A stretch of 64,000 nucleotides of DNA from a virus (lineage: Duplodnaviria; Caudoviricetes), in IMG/VR virus record IMGVR_UViG_3300033475_000013, positions 1-64,000 of that record. One strand, 5' to 3'. A program made the position numbers and the translations under genes. Below, piece after piece: positions 34,931 through 44,497 of the stretch. Below the pieces are notes generated by a model that worked only from the letters and a program-made list of their open reading frames with translations, was not told the DNA's origin and made no database searches. Position 1 is the stretch's first letter. The number at the start of each line of letters is the position of its first letter.

Positions 34931-36128
34931 TAAAAGTCTTGTTATCTTAAAAAGATATAATCTCCTGTATCTGGCGGCTCAGGTAAGAACTGGAAAAACT
35001 TTTATGTCATTGACTATTGCCAAAGAAATAGGATGGCGAAGAGTATGTTTCATAACCAAAAAAATGGCCATCTCCAGCATTAAGGAAGACTATCAAAAAT
35101 TTGGTCATTTATTCGATTACATCAATATCACAAACTTTGAACAAGCAGAAAAACTTCATCCCGAGTATGATGGTTATATCGTAGATGAATCAGTTTCCAT
35201 TTCTGCTTTTCCCAAACCTGGCGTATACTGCAAGGCACTTAAAAAAGTAATTCAAAAGAAGCCAGTAATACTTATGTGCGGCACGCCTTGCCCAGAAAGC
35301 TATTCTCAGATTTTCCATCAATTCTGGATTTCTTATTTCTCTCCATTCTCTCCATACGCCAATTTTTACCGATGGGCCGATGATTATGTCATCAAAAAGA
35401 TTGTATACCGAAATGGATTTCCGATCACAGAGTATAAAAATGCCAAGCAAAAAGAAATCATGGAAGTGGTCAATCACTACATGGTCACACTCAGTCAGGA
35501 AGAGGCTGGCTTTGTTAGTCACGTTGAAGAGGAAGTAGTGTGGGTAGATATTGATAAGCGTGTATATCAACTGATGGATGTGCTAAAGAAAGATAAGGTG
35601 TATAAAATGAAAAATGGCAATCATATCGTATGTGATACACCAGTTAAAATGCAGAGTGTCTTCCATCAGTTATCATCAGGTACAGTTATTACAGAAGAAG
35701 ATAAACGGGAACTGATTGATGAAAGCAAGGCTTGGTTTATCAAATCAAAGTTCGCCGGACAGAAGATTGCTATTTATTATCAGTTCGTAAGTGAGGGTGA
35801 TTTACTTCGAAAGGTGTTCCCGTTGAACACGAATGTGCCGGAAGTATTCAATGAACATGAAAATATTACGTTTATCTGCCAATTATCAAGCGGCAGGATG
35901 GGCGTTAACCTGAGCACAGCGGATGCACTTGTGCTCTATAATATTGCATTCTCTGCCATTACGTACTGGCAAGTAAGAGCCAGGATGCAGTCACACAGCC
36001 GGACCAAGGCGAGTAAGTTGTTTTGGATATTTAGTAAGAATGGTATTGAGAAGTATATCCATGCCGCGGTGACGAAGAAAAAAGATTATACGCTTAATAT
36101 TTTCAAAAAAGATTTTGGAATAAAATGA
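34893..36128 (+). CDS. SF2 (SNF2-like) helicase
   Basis: QVRTGKT Walker A, IVDES, MCGTP, GVNLSTAD, QVRARM. Confidence 0.8.
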   Translation: MITLRPEQRATVDKSLVILKRYNLLYLAAQVRTGKTFMSLTIAKEIGWRRVCFITKKMAISSIKEDYQKFGHLFDYINITNFEQAEKLHPEYDGYIVDESVSISAFPKPGVYCKALKKVIQKKPVILMCGTPCPESYSQIFHQFWISYFSPFSPYANFYRWADDYVIKKIVYRNGFPITEYKNAKQKEIMEVVNHYMVTLSQEEAGFVSHVEEEVVWVDIDKRVYQLMDVLKKDKVYKMKNGNHIVCDTPVKMQSVFHQLSSGTVITEEDKRELIDESKAWFIKSKFAGQKIAIYYQFVSEGDLLRKVFPLNTNVPEVFNEHENITFICQLSSGRMGVNLSTADALVLYNIAFSAITYWQVRARMQSHSRTKASKLFWIFSKNGIEKYIHAAVTKKKDYTLNIFKKDFGIK

Positions 36129-36628
36129 TTAAGGAAGCCTTCTTTTCCCCATGTAGACAATATCGATATCGCCTAGACAGGACATGGAACCGTAATTTAC
36201 CCACAGCAATGTGTATAGGACTCAATCCGTCTACAGCAGATGAGCACGAAGATGATGCTACCATTGAATCCATCATCCGTATTTTAACCCACAATGGATA
36301 TGGAGCACTGAGAATGTGTAATGTATTTGCTATTATATCACCAAATCCTGAAGATATTCGTTCATGCCCAGATCCAGTGAAGGAAAATGATAAATGGCTT
36401 ATTGAAACTATAGAGTACTCCCACATTCAAATACTGTGCTACGGCAACTTTAAACAAGTAACCTATCGTCTACCGTTCATCAAATCAATTATCACAGAAC
36501 CAATGTGTTTCGGACACAACAAGAACGGATCACCAGTCCATCCATTATATAAGAAGGCAACAACACAAATTATTAAATTTAATGGCCCAAGAGTCCAAAC
36601 TTCAGATACGAATCACCAAAAAGCTTAA
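36125..36628 (+). CDS. DUF1643 family protein
   Basis: QYRYRLDRTW, IGLNPSTAD..EDDATI, NVFA, PVHPLY. Confidence 0.85.
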   Translation: MIKEAFFSPCRQYRYRLDRTWNRNLPTAMCIGLNPSTADEHEDDATIESIIRILTHNGYGALRMCNVFAIISPNPEDIRSCPDPVKENDKWLIETIEYSHIQILCYGNFKQVTYRLPFIKSIITEPMCFGHNKNGSPVHPLYKKATTQIIKFNGPRVQTSDTNHQKA

Positions 36629-36851
36629 AAAATCAGGCTGGCTGGTGACTAAAATCATGTTGTGCTCTACACCTGGATGGCCTGATATTTACGCCATCCG
36701 AAATAAAAGATCTATCCACCTGGAAATAAAATCTAAGGGCAAAAAAGCCGAACCATTGCAGGAATACGTACATTATCAGATAAAAAAGCAGTCCGGAGAG
36801 GTATACCTGATTGACACATGGGAAAAATTTCTTGCCTTAAAGTTGGATTGA
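36582..36851 (+). CDS. VRR-NUC family nuclease
   Basis: ESKLQ...GWPD...LEIKS...PLQ. Confidence 0.85.
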   Translation: MAQESKLQIRITKKLKKSGWLVTKIMLCSTPGWPDIYAIRNKRSIHLEIKSKGKKAEPLQEYVHYQIKKQSGEVYLIDTWEKFLALKLD

Positions 36852-36929
36852 ATATTAATATCTGTTAATATTGTGCTCAGCAATGCGTCAAGAAAGAGAG
36901 GGCTTGATTCATTTTTAGGAATGGTTAAT

Positions 36930-36963
36930 ACCCGCCAGATTCGCATCCTGGCGGGTTATTTTT
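36930..36963 (+). terminator. Intrinsic terminator
   Basis: ACCCGCCAG-loop-CTGGCGGGT followed by TATTTTT. Confidence 0.7.
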
Positions 36964-36976
36964 AAACAGAAAGACT

Positions 36977-37186
36977 ATGAAAAAAGACAGTTTCTTAAAG
37001 TACTTATGGGACGGCCCACTTAAATTATTCCTTGCCGCCACAATCGTATCATGTGTTATTTTTCCTTTATACTGGAAAACAACGGCATTAGGTATCAGTG
37101 TTGATGGTCCAATCACATGGAGTATCTTCGGTGGAATCTGGACATTGATTATCGTGATCAACTATTTTAACTGGAAGAAATTATGA
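36977..37186 (+). CDS. Small two-TM membrane protein
   Basis: Two hydrophobic helices and a basic C-terminus (holin-like shape only). Confidence 0.5.
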   Translation: MKKDSFLKYLWDGPLKLFLAATIVSCVIFPLYWKTTALGISVDGPITWSIFGGIWTLIIVINYFNWKKL

Positions 37187-37659
37187 AAATAATCATCTCC
37201 TTCGTCATCCTGCTATTTCCAACATGGTTTGAAGTTTACCGAGATCGCAATGGTGATGTACATCCAAACTACGACTGGAAATTCAGAGGACTTACCTGCA
37301 TCATTTCCGGATTTTTAGCGCCATACGGAGTTCATGATTACATTAGTTGGGAGTCTTACGTATTGACTTCATTTAAATACACGCTGATCTCAGTGATGAT
37401 GTTCACATCAATCTTTCCTTACTGGATTAATTTCATTCATCTGAAAAACAATGTTACTCGGTTCTCAGGTGTTACGAAGTCACATCGATATGATTTTAAA
37501 TTTCTTACTTACTCTGAAATACTAAAGCATGTGCTCACTCACCTTTCTGATACCGCATGGCCAGATAGTAAAAAATGGTATCGGTCTTTAAGATGGGTAG
37601 GAAGGCTTGTTATTTATATTTTAATTTTGTGTGTCTCAATTTATCTGTTATTTGTATGA
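37183..37659 (+). CDS. Multi-pass membrane protein
   Basis: Several hydrophobic segments. Confidence 0.55.
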   Translation: MKIIISFVILLFPTWFEVYRDRNGDVHPNYDWKFRGLTCIISGFLAPYGVHDYISWESYVLTSFKYTLISVMMFTSIFPYWINFIHLKNNVTRFSGVTKSHRYDFKFLTYSEILKHVLTHLSDTAWPDSKKWYRSLRWVGRLVIYILILCVSIYLLFV

Positions 37660-37997
37660 ACTTACTGTTAGTTTTTTTCTTATCGTTATCAAGCCTGCTT
37701 GACCAAGCTAAGGCAGTCGCCAACAAGCCAAATATTCAAGATGAACGGGTGGTTAAACTGGAGCAGCGTATCGCTGATGAATATGAAAAGTGTGGCGATA
37801 TCTGTGTTGATCGTTTACTGGATGGACTACCAACTGATTGGTATAGAGGCATTGATCTGTATATCAATCATTCCGATGCAGAGGTTATTCACATGATGAC
37901 TACTGATCTGACAGCTTTTTATAAAAATGCTAAATCAGTGTCTGTGTCGGCAGAAAGTTTTGATGGGTATTCGATTATTGTTGTTGTGTCTTATTAA
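37656..37997 (+). CDS. Putative secreted protein
   Basis: Signal-peptide-like start MNLLLVFFLSLSSLL at 37656. Confidence 0.5.
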   Translation: MNLLLVFFLSLSSLLDQAKAVANKPNIQDERVVKLEQRIADEYEKCGDICVDRLLDGLPTDWYRGIDLYINHSDAEVIHMMTTDLTAFYKNAKSVSVSAESFDGYSIIVVVSY

Positions 37998-38003
37998 AAA
38001 ATT

Positions 38004-38294
38004 ATGACTGGAATTGAATTAATCGCCCAAGAGCGAAATGAACAAATCGAAAAGCATGGATATTCCATCGAAGGAGATGTCGAAAAATATCCAGATAGTG
38101 ATTTAATAAGAGCAGCATGCGCAATTGCTTTCGTAGCTAAAGATGGAATGCCGTGTCAATTACCTGCGCCTGATTGGGCATGGGCTATTCGTGACAGGAT
38201 AGAAAAAGATAGAATTCATTGTCTAAAAGTTGCAGGAGCATTTATTGCCGCTGAGATTGATCGGCTTAATAAAGTTTCCGAGCCGACCTCTTAG
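38004..38294 (+). CDS. Paralogue of 3292..3678
   Basis: Near-identical core protein sequence. Confidence 0.75.
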   Translation: MTGIELIAQERNEQIEKHGYSIEGDVEKYPDSDLIRAACAIAFVAKDGMPCQLPAPDWAWAIRDRIEKDRIHCLKVAGAFIAAEIDRLNKVSEPTS

Positions 38295-38655
38295 CCTGCG
38301 GTGATGCAGCGCTCTTATTCACATTTCTTTTCGACTGTCTCATCTGCTTTTTAGAAGCATTACCCATAAGCCCAACAGCACCAGCCAGCGAAGAGTATTT
38401 ACCATCGCCACCAACACGTGGAGCAACACCAGAATTATATTGTTTGTTGCCTTTCATTCTTGAGGCATCTTCCTTAACTCTGCTTGCAGATTGGCCTTGG
38501 TAGTTCTCACCTTCAGTCCGTTCCAAATCGCCTTTCTTATTACGTTTCACAACAGCACCAGTTTCAACGCGCTCTTCATCACTTTTCTGATTATGCTTCA
38601 TGATGGCTGATTTACTTTTCTTGCTGGGATCAGTTACATTTGTGAATATCTTCAT
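38266..38655 (-). CDS. Highly basic small protein, possibly DNA-binding
   Basis: K/R/S/Q-rich; lone minus-strand gene before the packaging module. Confidence 0.55.
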   Translation of the reverse strand: MKIFTNVTDPSKKSKSAIMKHNQKSDEERVETGAVVKRNKKGDLERTEGENYQGQSASRVKEDASRMKGNKQYNSGVAPRVGGDGKYSSLAGAVGLMGNASKKQMRQSKRNVNKSAASPQAKRSARKLY

Positions 38656-38661
38656 GATTTT

Positions 38662-39204
38662 ATGTTAAAGTTTTCTGAGTTTGACGTTTGCAAACAATTC
38701 GTCCATAAAGATAAGGCAAAATTATTTTTATACCTCGAAAAGATGTATTCGAAGGATTCGCCACTCAACAACATACAGAACCTATCCGAACGAAAACGTG
38801 CTGCATGCCTTCAAGCAAAGCTCAGCGATAAAGATCCAGAGATGATTAAAATCATGGATTTACAGCATGAAGAGGTGAATAAATTGATTTTTGCTTACCT
38901 AGCTGAATTTCAGAATCACAACAAATACTTGAAATTATGCAGTGATCAGCAGCTTTTCTGGGACATCCAGAAGATTCTTCTGAGCCCAATCGGTGTGGAG
39001 GATGAGGATAAAATCATGGAGAAATACAAAAAAAGGGGAGATTTATCAAAGACTGCTGATGAGGTGCTGACCAGAATTAACAAATTATTCTCCGACATCT
39101 TCGCCCACGAGGACACACAAGAGATGGCACAGACAGTAATCGCCACGCAGATGTTAAGACCAGAAGATCGGGCCAGACTTAAAGAGAATGTTTCAGCAAA
39201 CTAA
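38662..39204 (+). CDS. Protein upstream of TerL (possible small terminase)
   Basis: Position and helical composition only. Confidence 0.45.
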   Translation: MLKFSEFDVCKQFVHKDKAKLFLYLEKMYSKDSPLNNIQNLSERKRAACLQAKLSDKDPEMIKIMDLQHEEVNKLIFAYLAEFQNHNKYLKLCSDQQLFWDIQKILLSPIGVEDEDKIMEKYKKRGDLSKTADEVLTRINKLFSDIFAHEDTQEMAQTVIATQMLRPEDRARLKENVSAN

Positions 39205-41329
39205 AAATGAATATCGATTTAAGTATTTAGTCACTGCGATAACAGGTGAAGGAATTCCTTGTGTCTATCTTCCAGAAGTACCTGAAGATAAAAAAATCTT
39301 ATTTACCCAGGAACAAAAATGGACACGGCCTACTGCGCCAGATTTTATAAAGAAAGGAATCAGAGAATACGCAAAACGCGTTCAGGCTGATCCGAATTAT
39401 ATCCATCCACTTCAAACAGAGATAAACAGATGGGCTGATCAGGAATGGGAGCGATCAGAAAACGGAATTTGGTTTTGGAATAATGGAGTTCCAACGTACA
39501 TCACTGGGTTTTATTATTGGTATCTGACGGCATGGCAGACAACATTCGGATTTCCTACTTACAGAGAAACGGATAAAGAATTAAGTTATTTTATAAAATA
39601 TTGTGAAGAAGATCCAGATAGCTATGGAGCACTTCTAAATACTATACGTCGTTATGGTAAGTCATCGTTTATGGGCGGATGGGCTACCTATAGAACGACA
39701 CGCAATAGAAATCATTATTGTGGAATGCAGGGTGAGAACGATAAGAAGATTGGTCAGTTCTACACACAAATGATTAAATCTCCATTCAAGAAGTTGCCAT
39801 ATTATTACACACCAACGTATGACACTACGTCAGCTTTAACTTCAGACATAAGATTTGAGCAACCGGCAAACAGAAGTAAGACATTAATCATTGGAGATTA
39901 TGATGAATCTCAGGATTTAGAATCTGTTATTGATTATAGACCATCAGGTGTTGGTGAATATGATGGATCCATGCTTAATACTTATCTGATGGAAGAGGCA
40001 GGTAAGATTTTAAATTGTAATGTGAATGATCGATGGGCTATTGTTAAACCATGTTTACGAAAAGGTAAGGACTTACGAGGTAAGGTTTTCTTCGGCACAA
40101 CGGTCGAATTTATGGATTCTTCCGGTAAGGGTGGAAAGGCATACAAAAAATTATTCTACGAAAGTGATTTCAATCAGCGCCAACCTGACGGTAGAACCAA
40201 ATCAGGACTTTATGTTTGCTTCCTTCCAGGAGATTGTGCTCACGAAAGTTTCTTAGATAAGTGGGGACACCCGTTACGAGAAGAAGCTAAGAAATGGATA
40301 TTACTTGAACGCGAATCTTATAAAGATAATCCAAAAGAACTATCTGGATTGATCAGAAGATTCCCACTTTACATAAAAGAAATTTTCTACATCAATACTG
40401 ATCGATGTGAATTCAATGCTACTATTCTTCAGGATAGAAAATCAGAATTAGAATCGATGTCAACTCCTATTCTTACCAAGGGAGAATTTTACTGGCTTGA
40501 TAATAAACGATTCACTGAAGTCCGCTTCAGACATAATCCACATACAGGTTGGTGTTGGGTACACTCACTCATTAATGACATCAAAGAAACTAATCTTGTT
40601 CAGCGAAACATATCTTCATCTATGCCAACATTCGGCCCGATGAATAATATGAAATTTATTTCAGGTGTCGATCCGGTGGACCATGGTGTAGTGATAGAAG
40701 GTAAAGGTGGTGATGAAGAATTTGTGAGCACACGTAGATCACGACCTGTACTTTTTGTGAAAAGAAAATATGACTCAGCTATTGATGGAATTGTAACGCA
40801 AGAGATACTGGAGCAACGGGCAAAAGAAAAATATCAGTACAAAACCAATCGCTACATAGCCATGATGGATGTTCGCCCAAACGATCCAAATGTTTTCTAC
40901 GAGCGCGCCTTGATGATGATGTGGTATTTTGGATGTAGCCTTCACCCTGAAAGCCAGAAGCCAGGCATTATAAATTATTTTTATGAGCAGGGATGTGGTG
41001 AATTCATCCTTAATAAATATGTGGCTGAGTCTGGTTATAAGAGAAACACCACGATGGATGGTACACCAGCAAGTCAGCCAATCATTCAGGAGTATACCGG
41101 CGCACTGGCTACTTACGTTGAATATTTTGGGCATACTATTCCTTTCATTGATCTGGTTATTGATCTTTTGGAATTTACCCCGAAGAAGACCACTGAGTAT
41201 GACTACTCGGTAGCAGCAGGATTCACCGAACTTGGTGGTAAAATACAGCCCAAGACGTACACGCAGCCTATGGTTGATATCCATGATTTCATGCCCGGAT
41301 TCGATGAATATGGCAACGTTGTTAATTAA
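39188..41329 (+). CDS. terL: Terminase large subunit (crAss-like)
   Basis: IRRYGKS Walker A, LMEEAGK Walker B, FGTT, nuclease GVDPVD and C-terminal YDYSVAAG. Confidence 0.9.
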   Translation: MFQQTKNEYRFKYLVTAITGEGIPCVYLPEVPEDKKILFTQEQKWTRPTAPDFIKKGIREYAKRVQADPNYIHPLQTEINRWADQEWERSENGIWFWNNGVPTYITGFYYWYLTAWQTTFGFPTYRETDKELSYFIKYCEEDPDSYGALLNTIRRYGKSSFMGGWATYRTTRNRNHYCGMQGENDKKIGQFYTQMIKSPFKKLPYYYTPTYDTTSALTSDIRFEQPANRSKTLIIGDYDESQDLESVIDYRPSGVGEYDGSMLNTYLMEEAGKILNCNVNDRWAIVKPCLRKGKDLRGKVFFGTTVEFMDSSGKGGKAYKKLFYESDFNQRQPDGRTKSGLYVCFLPGDCAHESFLDKWGHPLREEAKKWILLERESYKDNPKELSGLIRRFPLYIKEIFYINTDRCEFNATILQDRKSELESMSTPILTKGEFYWLDNKRFTEVRFRHNPHTGWCWVHSLINDIKETNLVQRNISSSMPTFGPMNNMKFISGVDPVDHGVVIEGKGGDEEFVSTRRSRPVLFVKRKYDSAIDGIVTQEILEQRAKEKYQYKTNRYIAMMDVRPNDPNVFYERALMMMWYFGCSLHPESQKPGIINYFYEQGCGEFILNKYVAESGYKRNTTMDGTPASQPIIQEYTGALATYVEYFGHTIPFIDLVIDLLEFTPKKTTEYDYSVAAGFTELGGKIQPKTYTQPMVDIHDFMPGFDEYGNVVN

Positions 41330-41364
41330 TCACTATTTTTGATTAACATTTCCAACTCTACAGT

Positions 41365-41679
41365 ATGGCTAAAGAGAATCTCAGAAAGACAATGGAACAG
41401 GTTTTAGAAAATGCTCCAGAGCCAGAAATCAATCAAGAACATGTCAATGACTGGCATACTGCAAAATCAGCAGAAGCATTTAAGACCATTCACCGGGATT
41501 TAAGCGCAGAAAGGATTGGTACTTTTAATATACGAGCCGCCATCTCCGCACCAAAGTCTATCAAATATCGTCAGATGGCAATTGATTGGGAAGGTGGTAA
41601 TCGTGGAGATTACATCTTTATGGATGCCAGTGGAAATAAAATGATACTTCCATACAAACTTTTTAAACGATTATTTTGA
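41365..41679 (+). CDS. Hypothetical protein
   Basis: Lies between terL and portal. Confidence 0.55.
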   Translation: MAKENLRKTMEQVLENAPEPEINQEHVNDWHTAKSAEAFKTIHRDLSAERIGTFNIRAAISAPKSIKYRQMAIDWEGGNRGDYIFMDASGNKMILPYKLFKRLF

Positions 41680-44075
41680 TGGATCCACTGACCAATCTTA
41701 GTAATACCAGACTTGTAGATTCTTCCTTCGCCACGAAGGGGTCAACATTTCCAAACGAATTTGTATCGCCATTAATAAAAGAACTTCCGGAGTATGGCGC
41801 CATGTATGCCAAAAGCATCTATGCTGCCAGCGGAAGATTTGGAGGATATGTGTTTTGGAATGATACTGAATATCAAGCTTTACTTGAGGTATCACAAGGT
41901 CGGCAGAGTATTGATAAGCTCAGGAACATGTTCGGCTTCTTCCGGGAGAATAAAACTGATCCTTTAGATGATGGTTCTTCAAGTCTTGCCTATCTGGATA
42001 TCCAGGTTTTAAATCTGGCACCAAAATACGTTAATCGGGCAGTGGCGAAGATAATGAACCTAGAATATGATGTCCAGCTTGAGGCTGTAGACTCTGTTTC
42101 GGTACATGAAAAGAAACAATATGAAGCCAATCTTCAGGCTTTTTATGAATTCAGAGGTTGGCTTGATGATCTTAAGATAAGCCCAAAAGAACTATTTCCT
42201 GATCTGGATATTGATATTTTACCAGAATATCCAGATGAATTGATGTATGAGATGCTCACCAATCCAAAGATGCAGAAGGCCATCGATGGTGAAGAGGCGC
42301 TTACATTGATGCAGCAGATCAATGACTTTAATCAGAAAATGCGCATGATGGTGCATGATAAAGTCGTTTATGGTCGTGGGCACATCCATTGTTACCGGGA
42401 TGAGAATGGGATACCGAGAATTGATCACATCAATCCAAAATATTATGTCGGTAGCTATGTGGAGGATGAGAACTTTGAGGGACAGGAGTATGCCGGATTC
42501 TTTGATTTCCCAACCGTAAGCCAGTTTCGGAAAGAAGCATCGGGTTATTTAACCGATGAAGAGATTGAAGAAATTGTTCAGAAGTATGCGTACATGAACA
42601 ATATTCAGACAACCTATAGCCCACTCCGGGCCAATCAAAAATTCGATGGACTGAATTATATTCCTGTTTTACGCTTTTATTTCCTAAGCCAGGATGACCG
42701 GGTATTTGTAAAGCGAAATAACAAAAATGGCAATCCAACCATTTTTGAGCGTAGTTTAGGATGGAAGCCAAGTGAAGATGATCCAAGATTTGGTCAAGAT
42801 GGAGATTCAGACATAATCCGCAATTCATATACCAGTGTCTATGGCGGCACCTGGATATTGGATAGTGATCTGGTGTATAACTATGGTAAAAAGGAATATC
42901 CACGTTCTAATCTTGTTGATCTTACCTTGCCAATAAAAACTTTCGCTCCACTTTACAAAGAAGGAAGAACGGTGAGTTTCTGCGCACAGATGATTGAGCC
43001 ATTGTTTATGATCAATGTGGCATGGAATAAAATCAAGCAGATTTTAGCGCAAGGATTCATGGGCGTGCAGGAAATTGATTTTACTCAGTTGGAGAAAGTA
43101 GCGTTAGGTAAAGGTGGTCAAGCATGGACACCACGTGAAGTTTACAAGCATTTCCTGCAAACCGGCAGATTAATCAAGAGATCGCCAGTTAATAAATATG
43201 ATCAACAGTACTCTGGTAGTGCTGTTGAGGCTGGACAGACCGGATTACAAATGAGTGATTATTTGAGTGTCCTAACTACTGGCATCAATATGCTTGAGCA
43301 GTTGACAGGAACTACAGTGGCTGAATCTACCCAGATGCCAGATAGACTTCCTGTTCGTGTAATGGAGCAATCCCAGGCAACAGGTGATCTTGATATGGAA
43401 TATCTTTTTAATTCATACACCTACATGTATCGCGCTGTTTGCACACAATTACTCGGGATGGTGCAGCAGGCTAAGCGTGATGGAATTGGAATTGCGGGAT
43501 TTATTCCTTCTCTGGGTAAACACGTTACTGTTTCCGATCGGATTGCGCTTTGTGATTATGGATTGTTTTTGGTTAAGTCACCTAGCGGAGCTGAATGGCA
43601 ATCGCTTTGGGATGATCTACAGATTGGTCTTCAAAATGGAACACTTACTCATCTTGATGTGGCGTACATTAAGGATATAAAGAATCTGAAGAAAGCTCGT
43701 CAGATACTTGGAATCAGGGTTAAGGTTAATGAGCGTAAGGCTGCGCAAATTAATGCGATGAATCAGAAAGCGGCCATGGATGCCAATCGTGCGGCAGCTG
43801 CTGATAAGGCTCAGGGAGAACTTTATAGCCTTCAGGCGAAGGGACATATTGATGAGGATTTGATCAAACTTAAGGGGCAGATCGATGAGCACATTATGGT
43901 TTGTGATAATGAACTGAAAGCTGCGATGAATGATAAAACCAATCTGGTTAAACAGCAGATCGCCAAACAAACCAGTGTGGATGAGATTATTAAGAAGTCA
44001 GTTGAGAATAAAGCTAAATATGCTCAGGTTGCCGCAAAGGAACGTAGTGATAAAGAAAAATCAGATTCTAAATGA
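41676..44075 (+). CDS. Portal protein (crAss-like, about 800 aa)
   Basis: Size, position after terL, LNLAPKYVN...LEAVD motif, helical C-terminus. Confidence 0.85.
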   Translation: MMDPLTNLSNTRLVDSSFATKGSTFPNEFVSPLIKELPEYGAMYAKSIYAASGRFGGYVFWNDTEYQALLEVSQGRQSIDKLRNMFGFFRENKTDPLDDGSSSLAYLDIQVLNLAPKYVNRAVAKIMNLEYDVQLEAVDSVSVHEKKQYEANLQAFYEFRGWLDDLKISPKELFPDLDIDILPEYPDELMYEMLTNPKMQKAIDGEEALTLMQQINDFNQKMRMMVHDKVVYGRGHIHCYRDENGIPRIDHINPKYYVGSYVEDENFEGQEYAGFFDFPTVSQFRKEASGYLTDEEIEEIVQKYAYMNNIQTTYSPLRANQKFDGLNYIPVLRFYFLSQDDRVFVKRNNKNGNPTIFERSLGWKPSEDDPRFGQDGDSDIIRNSYTSVYGGTWILDSDLVYNYGKKEYPRSNLVDLTLPIKTFAPLYKEGRTVSFCAQMIEPLFMINVAWNKIKQILAQGFMGVQEIDFTQLEKVALGKGGQAWTPREVYKHFLQTGRLIKRSPVNKYDQQYSGSAVEAGQTGLQMSDYLSVLTTGINMLEQLTGTTVAESTQMPDRLPVRVMEQSQATGDLDMEYLFNSYTYMYRAVCTQLLGMVQQAKRDGIGIAGFIPSLGKHVTVSDRIALCDYGLFLVKSPSGAEWQSLWDDLQIGLQNGTLTHLDVAYIKDIKNLKKARQILGIRVKVNERKAAQINAMNQKAAMDANRAAAADKAQGELYSLQAKGHIDEDLIKLKGQIDEHIMVCDNELKAAMNDKTNLVKQQIAKQTSVDEIIKKSVENKAKYAQVAAKERSDKEKSDSK

Positions 44076-44440
44076 AGCCAACACACGTAAAGCCTCAATT
44101 GTACACTTACTATTTTTTAGCACTAAAGGATATTGCGAAAGACTTTGGTTATAATCTAGTTGTGCATGGATCAATGGCTAGAGACTTAGATTTAATTGCC
44201 ATACCATGGATTAATGATCCTAAACCAGAACTTGATTTGATCAATGCTTTAAGTAAGGAACTTACTGGAAATATTGCGCACGAAGATCATTGGAGAGATG
44301 TTTATATGTACAGTGAATTGCCAGCAGGTAGACATTCGTATGTTATTAATCTGAATCGAAGACAATCTAACAAAGATGGAAATTATCAAGATGATCCTCA
44401 GTACTATATTGATATTTCGGTTACACCATTATCCACCTAA
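44072..44440 (+). CDS. Minimal nucleotidyltransferase-like protein (Pol-beta fold)
   Basis: VHGSMARDLDLIAIPW fits the GS...DxD motif; third acidic residue in YYIDIS. Confidence 0.55.
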   Translation: MKPTHVKPQLYTYYFLALKDIAKDFGYNLVVHGSMARDLDLIAIPWINDPKPELDLINALSKELTGNIAHEDHWRDVYMYSELPAGRHSYVINLNRRQSNKDGNYQDDPQYYIDISVTPLST

Positions 44441-44497
44441 AAAGTGGCTTTTTGCTTTTGATTAAAACTATTCTGAACTTTATGTAAAGATTACGTT

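Noticed and set aside
37240-37266. Self-target of array B (GG-GA-GT-CA match in RNGDVH codons)
   Set aside because: Only 4 of 9 dinucleotides match, which is expected by chance. A full search could not be done by eye.
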